A DNA stretch of 64,000 nt, taken from positions 7,938,001 through 8,002,000 of the forward strand of contig NC_058383.1 of the NCBI RefSeq assembly GCF_018350175.1, given 5' to 3'. Below the pieces are notes generated by a model. That model was not told where the DNA came from. It saw nothing but the letters and a program-made list of their open reading frames with translations, and did not search any database. The stretch comes from Felis catus. Lineage: Eukaryota. Below, in pieces: positions 1-10,600 of the stretch. The position numbers and the translations under genes were made by a program. Position 1 is the stretch's first letter; each line of letters begins with the position of its first letter.

Positions 1-3000
1 TGAGCCCACCTCAAGTCCCAGTGATGCCTTTTCTACTTCCAGTAGTTTTGGCCAAACCACCATGTTCTTTCCAGTGGCTTCCACAGTCTCCTCGACCCTC
101 TCTGATTCATCAAATCCTACATTTTCACCAGACACCCCCCATACCACTGACAAGGAAAGTCCTTCATCCTCTCTAGGTCCAGGTCCATCACCCACCAGCA
201 CTCAGGTCTCTGGACAAACAGCCACGCCTTTCACTAAAGAGACAACTGCCTACACACACATTTCAGATTTATCAACAACACCGACTTCTGGTGAAACGTC
301 CTACACCCAGGATGATGAAGGGACCACGTCCCCTTCGAGTCCTGGCCTGCCGTCTTCCAACCCTGGGATTTCAGGACAGACAAACACAGGCCTGACCGAG
401 GGGCCTTCTGTCTATACAGACACACCTAATGGGTCCAAACCTACCAGTACCTCGGACAGCACAGTTACCAAGGAGGATGGAAGTTCTGCTTCCACATCTG
501 GGCCTGCTGAATCATTTACCACTTCTGGTGTTGATCCACACACAGGCACAACTTTACCTCCAAGATCCCCTCCTTACACCACCACCTCAGAGGTGTCTGC
601 ACCCACAGTTTCGACTCACTCTTCCTACAGCACGGATGAGGCAAGTGCTACTTCTCAGTCAAGCTCTAGTGATTTATTTACCACCAGTGTGCTCTCTGAA
701 CAATCAGCCAGGACTCTCACAGAGAAGCCAACTGTCCACACCATTTCTGATTCATCTGAATCAACAGCTTCTTCCTACAGCCTCAGAACCCCAGGCCTTG
801 GCAGTTCTGCAGCACCCTCGAGTCCTGGAGAATTCCCTTCCAGCCCAGTTGGCTCACGACTGACTGCATCTACAGTCACCCAGCCATCCACAGAGCACAG
901 CACCGTGTCTGATTCTTCTCAACCTCCAGACTCATCGGCAACCACTTATACCAAGGATGATGAAAGTCGTGTGCCTACGTCAGGTCCCACTGAATCTTTA
1001 ACCACCTCTCCTGGTTCTGGACCACCAGCCTCACCCACAGCTATGGAGTCTACTTTCTCCACAAGCATCTCAGAGTCGTCAGAATACACAGTGTCTTCCT
1101 ATAGTACAGATTCTTCAACTCCATCAGACCATGAAGGATTTCCCACCGCTTCCCTGACCACTGGACACAGTGCTACAACTTTTACTGGATTGCCCTCTGT
1201 CTTTACAACTATGCCTGATTTGTCCAAAACAACCATTTCTTCTGAAACCTTCTATACCAGTGGTGATGGAAGTGCTGTGTCCCCTTCCAGTGTTGCCCAG
1301 CCTTCTAGCATACTCTCTGCCTCAGCACAGACAACCACAGGCCTCATGGACGGATCCAGTATGTATACAGGCACCCCTCATTCATCAAAATCTACAGTTA
1401 TCTCAGACAACACTGTTAGCAAGGAGGATGGACTTTCTGCTTCCACATCAAGAACTGCTGAATCCTTTACTACAAATGCTGATCACGGACAAATAACAAC
1501 ATCCTTTGTTATGGGGTCCGCTTTCTCCACCTCCCCCTCAGAGCTATCCACAACAATAGTTTCCACCCACTCTTCCTATCTCACAGATTCCGTTATACCC
1601 ACAGATCCATTAACAACCATATTTACTAAGGATGATGGAAGTACTAGATCAACACTGAGCTCTAGTGAATCGTTTACCAGTTCTCAAAGTGATGTACAAA
1701 CAACAGAGTCTTTTACTATGGAATCTGCCGTCTCCACAACTGTCTCCAATATGTCACACTCTACCGTTTCCCTCAGTACCTTCTTGACTACTGGCAAGGG
1801 AAGTTCTTCATCTCCTTTTGGTCCTAGTGTATCCTCTACATCCAGTCAGTCATCTGGACCAACAGCCACAACAGTCTCCTTTACAGAAGAGAGAACTCTC
1901 TACACAAACATTTCTGATATGTCCACATCAACCATTTCCTCCGAGACTACCTCTGTCCACGATGAAGGAAGTTCTACATCCTCCTCAAGTTCTAACATAT
2001 CGTCTACCACCCCCACTGTCTCAGCAGAGACAACCACAGGCATCAAAGTGAAATCCACTCTCTCTACAGGCACCCCCAGTTTATCCAAATCTACAGATAC
2101 TTTGGCGACTGTTGTTACCAAAGACAATGGTATTTCTTTTTCCTCATTAAATGTCATTGAATCCTCTACGACTTCTGGTGGTGATGCACACTCAAGCACA
2201 TCTTTTCCTCAAGGATCCACCGTCTATACAATCACCTCAGAGCTGCCCACACCATTATTTTCTACCCATCATTCTTACAGCACAGACAATGCAAGTCCTG
2301 CTTCTCCATCAATCCCCAGTGAACTCTCTACTCCCACTTGGATCTCTGAACAAACTACTACAACTCTCACAGAGGAGCCAACAATCCATGCCACCATTTC
2401 AGAATCATCTGAATCAACAGTTTCTTTCTACAGCCCCCATCCCACAGGCACTAGAAGTTCTGCTACCCCATGGAGCCTTGGAGAGGCATCTACTAATCCA
2501 GCTGTCTCAGGAACAACTGCCAGTATGGTCCCCTTGAAATCCACAGGGCATAGCACAATCTTTGATTTTTCTCAACCCACAGACTCATCTGCAACCACTT
2601 TCACCAAAGAGGATAGAAGTTCTATGTCCACATCTATCCCCGGCAAATCTTTTACCACCTCTCGTGGTGATGGACAAACAACTTTTCCTCCAGGATCCAC
2701 ATTCTATACAATAACCTCAAAGGTGTTGACACCAACATTTTCTTCCCACTCTTCCTATAGCACAGACAAAGCAAGTTCTGCTTCCCCATCAAGCCCCAGT
2801 GACCTCTCTAACCAGACTGTACTCTCTGAACAAACCACCATGACTCTTACAGAGGAGTCAACTGTCTACACCAGTGCTTCTGATTTGTCCCAATCTACTG
2901 TTTCCTCTGAAACCTCTTTTACCAGATTTGAAGGAAGTTCCTCTTCAGGTCCTGGCCAGCTCTCTACCACCTCTGGTGTCTCACAAGAGACATCCTCAAG

Positions 3001-4265
3001 CCTAAGTGATGGGTCTACTGTCTATACAGACACCCCTGATTTGTCCAAAACTACAGTAACCTCAGACACCACCCTTTCTAATGAGAACATAAGTTCTGCT
3101 GCTACTTCAAATTCAGGCGAAACTTTTCTCACTACAGGTGGATATCAAGAAACACCCACATCCTTTACTATGGAATCAACTGTCTCCACAATCCTCTCAG
3201 ATTTATCAAATCCAACAGTTCCACATGGTACCGTCTATACTACTGAGAATGCAAGTTCTTCTTCCCCATCTGGTCCTGGTGAATTAATTTCCAGTACTCT
3301 AGTCTCTGGGCAAACACCCACATCCCTTCCTGAAGCATCCACTGTCCACACGACCATAACTGATTTGTCTTACTCCACTGGTTCAGTGGTTACCTCCTCC
3401 ACCAATGTCAATGGAAGTTTTACTTCCACACCAAGCCCCGGTGAATTATCCACTACCACCTTGGTCTCTGGACAAACAACCACACTTTTCACAGAAAAGC
3501 CAACCATCTACACCATTTCTGATTTGTTCAGTTCTACAGTTTCTGTTGACACCTCCTCTACCACTCCTAGTGGGGGGCCTGCACCCTCATCAGGTTCTGG
3601 CTTGTTGTCCTCCACTACCATCACAACCATCACTGAGGAATCGAGTGTCTTCACCACTACCACTTATTCCTCTAATACAATGGATTCATCTGATGCCCCC
3701 AATACCACTGAAGATCTTAGTGCATTATCTTCATCAAGGCCCATCCATTCCTTTTCACCCCCAGTCTCTGGACAAATGCCCACCGCCTTGGGTGAGAATT
3801 TCACTCTTTTCATCACCAGCAGTGATTCTGCCAAACCAACGATTTCTACTTCAATCCCCTCTTCCACAGACAGCCCTAGTCCTGCATCCCCATCAGCTCT
3901 CACTTTCTCTTCTACAACTAGAGACATCTCCAGACCAACAGCCACCACCCTCAGAGGAGGATCTACTATTTTCCAAAGCAGCACAGGGTCACCAAAGACA
4001 ACAATATCATCTGACAGCTCCCAAACCACTACCTCTCATGCTTCTTCTTTAGTCTCAGCTCTTCCTAGCTTGTCCTCAAGGCCAGTCTCTGACTCTTCCT
4101 CAGCCGTTACAGCTTCCTCTGGTTTTTCTCCTCCTCTGTCCTCCACTTCGCCTGGCTCTACCCATGCTCCAGTCCTTGGGTTCAGTACGTCTTCAACTCT
4201 CCATCCCCTGTTCACTAGCACCCATACAACTGTGATGACGACCGAGTCTTCAGCTATGACACCAA
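1..4265 (+). CDS. MUC12: MUC12 large PTS (Ser/Thr/Pro-rich) exon, 3' part
   Basis: Open frame from position 2, S/T/P-rich; donor A|GTAAG at 4265/4266 (phase 1). Confidence 0.9.
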
Positions 4266-7200
4266 GTAAGTCTTTTTGTCCGTCACTCTGTGAACCTCTC
4301 TTGTCCATCTTCTCTCATCAACTAATCAGTTTTGACCTCGTTGTGGTCTTGTTTCATCCTTCCTGAGCCTTCTTGTTTTTAAAGCATGCCATCCACATGG
4401 GTGGATGTTGTCTTTTCTTTTTTCTTTTCTTTTCTTTCCTTTCCTTTCTCTTTTCTTTTCTTTTCTTTTCTTTTCTTTCTTTTCTTTTCTTCTCTTTTCT
4501 TTTCCTTGTAGGGCTCTTGCTTTCTTTGCTCATCTTCTTTCATTTCTTGTTTCCATCTTCCCCATTGTCCCTCCTCATTTCCCTCCCCCCCACCTCCCCT
4601 GGAGCTTAAGATGGTGGCAGTGGTTCTCATCCTCCTCTTTCAGTACAATGCCTAAATGATGGGACCTGGAATGGGAGATAGTATTTTTTGTCCCTTGGGC
4701 TTCCATGGTGACCGCTGTGAATTCTACCCCTTCACAGGCCAGTGCCAGAATGGGACCATCTGGAATGGAAAAGAGTGTGTCTGTGCCCAAGGCTTCTTCG
4801 GTTACCAATGCAAGTCCCTTGTGGACTCCTTCTTCCTAGGTAATAAACTTTTCTGAGACCTTCAGATTGTCCCCATATTCCTTAACCACTTAAATAGGAG
4901 GGTAACATTGAAAGGACTATCTGCTACCACTGCCTCATTGTGCAGGTAGAGGAGAAAATATGACCTTTGCCTGGGTCTAAATGCAGGTAGAGCATGGGCC
5001 TTCTGACTCGTCCTCCCGGGCTCTTTTCACTGGCCCATCTGTCCCTCTCATCAGGATGTTTCTATTCCAACCCTTTCTGGAGCCTTCCACTTAGCTGTCT
5101 CTCTCTGGGTCATGATCCTGGCCACTAGTTCCTTGTAGTGTTCAGAGATAAGGGGCAAAAGTTTCAGTGACTCCTACTTGTCTCTTGAATTTCCATCCAC
5201 CTGCCTACCCACTTTCTTTGCCTCCACGAGACCAGCAGGAGGAGATTAATCCCAGAAGACATTACTGAGAGGTTGCTGTCTCATGTATAATCTGATCTGT
5301 TCCCACAGAAATCCCAGAAATAATCAATGCCACTTTAGGTGTGACAGTGAAAGTGACTAACAAGAATTTCACAAAAGATCTGAATAACATATCCTCCCCA
5401 GACTACTGGAATTTCACTCAACTATTCAAGAGTCAGGTAAGAGTAGGGAAATCTCAGATCCCCCAAAGTGGATGTCCAATGTTATTGGGGATACAGGGGC
5501 TCATTCTGACTGACTTTGGAGTTTCTCAGCTCATAGATCCCTTCAGTCTTCCCAAGTCCTGAGAGGGGGGCCTCTGAGAGCCCCTTCCTTGAACACCACC
5601 TCACCCACATCCTGGAGGAGGTAGCATCCTTATGCCTTCCTTTCCTTCTTTCCTACGGGTTAATCCATGGGTTCCCTGTGGGAAGGGGCCCTGGGGCTGC
5701 CTCTGAGACAGGGAACAGGGGCTGCTGCATCCTCGCATCCTCCATTCGTGTATGAACTTGGCTGCCTCATTTCTTTCAGATGGATAAAGCTTACATGGGC
5801 AAAGACTTTCCCCAGTACAGAGGCGTGATCATTAGGAGACTGTTGTGAGTATGTGAGGGGTGCAGGAAGCCCCTTCTCTCTGCTCTCTTGTCTTCTCCTG
5901 TCTTGAATGAGTATCAGTACCTGGCTGGACCAGAGGGGCCCCCAGCCCACGGGCAACACCAGAAGGCTCTGAGCCATTCATTTATACATTCATTCATCCT
6001 TCATCAACTCTGCAAACTTGTATTGAAAGCTTACACTGTGTTAGGTGCAGGGAATACAGTGGTCCTGGTCTTCATGGAGTAAAGAGTGGCAGAACACAGC
6101 AAAATGGCTGTGCAATCTGGTTAGAGTTAATGGTAAGAGACACACAGGGTGCAATGGGAGAGGTCTCAAAAGCAAGCTGGGTGAGGTGGAGGGAAATATT
6201 TCTGGAAGAAGTGACAGCTTTAAGCTGAGGCTTAAAGCATGAAGAGGAATGAGCCAGGTAAAGGGAATTGATGAAGGATGGCTCAGTCTCACCCAGAAGT
6301 GAGAGAGAAGAGGGCAGATTCCAGGAACATAAAGAATAGTTACTACTTGAGGGCAAAAGGGTCATGATGGGAGAGGAGGTGGAAAGATGACCCATACCAA
6401 GTTACTTAGTCTTTAAGTATCAGCAGTTTGGGCCCACGTGGGAAAATATCTGATTGGCACTGCAGACAGCTCAGTTTGACTGCAGGACTGAGAATGGGTG
6501 GACAGGGTTATGGAGATTAGAGTGGCCTGGATCAGAGAGGTGACAGTGCAGAAGAAAAATTGTCTAGTGTGAAAGATCTTTAAGAAGCAGGACCAGCAGA
6601 TCATGAGGATTTGATGGGTGTTTGGAGAGGAGGAATGACACCAGATTTCTGGGCTGCTGGCAATGTAGAGTGCCCTTTGATGAGATGAGGAAGGTAAGGA
6701 GGAGGAGGATGGGGAAGAAGATGAAGAGTGGGCTATGTGGAGTCTCAAGTGCCTGGGACCCAGCCACATCGAGTGGTTGAGTAATGGAACAGTGTGTGGT
6801 GGATAGAAAGTGTCTGCAGCGGAGACACTGGTGTTGGTTTTCCTGGATAGAAGTTGCTGGAAGCCCTGGGAGTAGACCAGATGGCCTGGGAATCATTATA
6901 GCATAGGAGTGAACATTTCCCAGGAAAGAATCATGAGAAGCACCAGCATCTAAGGGATAGACAGGAGAAGCAGAGCCCCCAAAGGAAAGTGGAAAAGAGG
7001 AGACAGAAGGGAAGGTGGGAAGGGAACCTGGAAGGTGTCTTCTCCCAGCAAGGAAAGAGGGAGATCTATACTGTCAAATGCCCATGGGGTTCCATGCCTC
7101 AGCATCCTCTATTCCATCTTGACCTCCTGCCCAGTACCAGTGCTTGTTTCAGTCTCCATTTTGGCACAAGTTTTTGTTGTTTTAAGTACTCCTGGCTCCT

Positions 7201-7626
7201 GCTCCTGACTTCTCTGTCACAATGTCTGTGACTGGTGACAGACCTTGTCTCAAGATCTCTCAGTGCCCCATTGGCCTTCTAACAAGGAGCTTCTGGGTTG
7301 GAATCTTATATTTCTAAAGTGACCTCATGTTTCTTCATTTCTAAAAGCATGCTTGTTTGGTTTTCAAAATAAAATCCAACAGCCTCCATTTAAAATTTTT
7401 TTAATTTTAAGTATTTTTTACTGTGGTGAAATGCGCATAACAAAAGGTGGCCATTAATCATTAAATTAATCATTTTAAGTGTATGGTTTAGTGTCATTAA
7501 GTACATTCACATTGTTGTGCAACCAGCATCATGGTCCATCTCCAGAACTTTTCCGTCTTCCCAAACTGAAACTCTGTACCCTTTATTTTATTTTTTTAAG
7601 TTTGTTTGTTTTGAAGGGGGGGGAGA

Positions 7627-7672
<46 letters not shown>

Positions 7673-10600
7673 CCCAAGCTGGCTCCACGCTATCAGCGCA
7701 GAGCCTGACTTGGGGCTGCATCCCACAAACCAAACCATGAGATCATGACCTGAGCCAAAATCAAGAGCCAGATGTCCAACTGACTGAGCCACACAGACAC
7801 CCAACTCTGTACCTTTTAAACAATAACTCTCAATTCTCCCTCATCCCACCTCGGGCAACCCCCATTCTACTTTCTGTCTCTATGAATTGGATTACTCTAG
7901 GGACTTCATATTAGTACTCATGTAAATACTCATACACTATTTGTCCTTTTGTGACTGGCTATTTCACTTAGCACAATGTCCTCAAGGTTCATCCATGTTG
8001 CAGCAGGTGTCAAAAATTTCTTCTTTTGTAAGATTGAAAAACATTTCATAGTACTGTGTGCCACATCTTGTTTATCCACTCATCCATCAATGGACACTTC
8101 TTAGTTTGCTTCTTTTTAGCTATTGTGAATAATGCTGCTACAAACATGGGTGTATGAATATATCTTCAAATCCCTGCTTTCAATTTTTCGGGATAAATAC
8201 CCAGAAGTGGAATTGCTGGGTCATATGGTAATTCCATTTTTAATTTTTTGAGGAGCTGCCATACTATTTTCCACAATGGCTACACCATTTGATCCTCCCT
8301 CCAACAGTCACAATGGTTCAATTCCACCATGTCTTCACCCAAGAGCTTCCAGTTTTAAGAATGGATTTCACCCAATGGCATTTATTGTGATCACTGATAT
8401 TTTGGAATCTTAGGTCATTTTACTCTGCAGCTTCCCTCTAGGATGCTAACTGTTGGAGGGAACAGTCTCTAGTCTGTCCTGCCTCTGGGTCACATAGTTA
8501 ATTGTGTTTCATCACCCTTCTGGCTTTGTGGGCCCCACTTTCTGGGAGGGTGGGCGACATAGGGTGACTGATGAATCACCAACTCCTGGTTTTAGCAATG
8601 GCAGTGTTGTGGTGGAACATGACGTCATCATGGAGACAAACTACACTTCAGAGTTTGAGGAACTATTTGCAAACCTCTCTAAACTCATAAAGGTCAAGAT
8701 TATGAATGAGACCAAAAGGCTATCTGGTGATTCTGAAGAGTGCAGAGGTAGGCTCTCCTAAAACCCCTTGACGTTGGTGGGGAAAGGGTAGGAATGCCTC
8801 AGCCTCCCCTCACCCCATATCTCTCCTCCTTTCTGGAACTCCAGAGACCTCCCTATAGGGATCCAGAAGCCAGGCCCCATTTCCCCAGACTCCAAAGTGC
8901 CCCCAACATCTCCCTGTCGTGGGCTCAGATTGTCATCAGCCCTAATGTTCCCATCTGAGCCTGCTTACAGGCCCAGCTGCATCTAGGGATGGGCCATGAC
9001 CCTAGTAGGGCAGAGGGAAGTGTTTTTGTTTTGTTCTTTCCCACCATGCTTGGCAGCCTCCTCACATCTGTGCTTCAGTGAGGAAGCCACCATCGTGAGC
9101 GAGAACGTGATGCTGGGGTTTGACTTGAAGGGTAAGCATCTTTGCAGAGTGGTAGGTGTTGGGGGGACAGGGTGTGGGCAGTAAACATGAGGGCTGGTGG
9201 CGCTTTAACCAGGCTGTCTACCCTTCCCCACCCCCCACCCCCCAGAGCAATGCACTCAGAAGGCTGCGAAGGACTATGCCCAGTTCTACTTTGTGGATGA
9301 GCTGGATGGGAAGCTGGCCTGTGTGACCAAATGCACCTCGGGGACGAAGTTGCAACTGAACTGTAATGAGGGAGAATGCCAGCTGCAACGCAGTGGCCCC
9401 CGCTGCCTGTGAGTGTCCAGCCCCTCTAAGGCCAGTGCCCACTCTCTCTAGTGGTAGAACCACACCCTCCACCATAGTTATGGGGCAGGGGTCAGGGTAG
9501 GGGGGGACGCAGAAGGAGTTGGGCACAGCTTACAAGACACGTCCTTCCCCACCCATCCCTCTTTCTTCTACCCAGGTGTCCCTTCACCCCCCCACCCCCA
9601 CCAGAGGTGGGGGAGGTGCAGGTTATAGATGTGGGCATTCTAGGAGTGAGCAAGCCCCCTCCTGAGAAAGTTCTAGTCACCAATTCCCAAATCTATATCT
9701 ATAGATCTCTGTCTTTCACTTTCCTTTCAATATCCCAGCTACAATGCCATTGTATCACTCCTAGCTATATATAGCTGGGGCATTAAGCTCAGGAGAGCAT
9801 ACATTAAAGCATAAAATATAAAAATGGTAACAGGTCAGTCAAGGTGCCAGCTAGAGATTAGATGAGTGGGCACGATGTGTCTGGGACAAGGCATCTGACA
9901 CTCAGATTCTGAATCCTGTTCTGCAATACTGAATCCCCACCTCCTCTCTGCCCCTTAGTCTTGGGGAGCCTCCTAACCTGGGTCCCTCCTAACCAGTGCC
10001 TGCCCTTCCTTGGAGGGAGAGCTGGCTTCCTGTGCTTTGGCATTGATTTTTTTCTTTTGCAAGATTGGGTGTGAGGGATGTTGGTGGACTGGCCTGAGCT
10101 TGTGTGTGTCTCCAGATGCCCAACCTCGGACACACACTGGTACTGGGGAGAGACATGTGCATTGAGCACCAGCAAGAGCCTGGTGTACGGGAGTGTGGGG
10201 GCCGTGGGAGCACTGCTGGTGGTCATGGTGGTGATCCTGACTGTCTTCCTTGGCCGATCCCAGAGAAAACTGCACAGGTGAGCTTATGGATTCGGGCCCA
10301 GGGAAAGGGGGCCACAAGACCCCAAGGCTCTCCTCCTTCCCCTCAGCGTTTGGAAGTCTGCTGGGGACCCAGCCCCACTCAGTTCTGGTTAACAGCACAG
10401 GGCAGCCCGCTGATCTGATCTGTTTGGCAGAGAGATGCGACCAAACACTTGTGTCCTGAAATTGGATTATGTGATGACATTACCTGGTGTTATCACTTTG
10501 GCTGCCACAGGGCACCCCTGGGGATGAGCTCTCCAGCATTGCTTTCCCAGCAGTAAAATGGGGGGGGGGTGGAATCTACCCTGAGATGGTTGAGAAGCAC

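Noticed and set aside
4266..4366. Hydrophobic C-terminal extension of ORF 62..4366
   Set aside because: Lies past the GTAAG donor and is pyrimidine-rich intron read-through. The same applies to GKQFLEFAF at 36372-36400.
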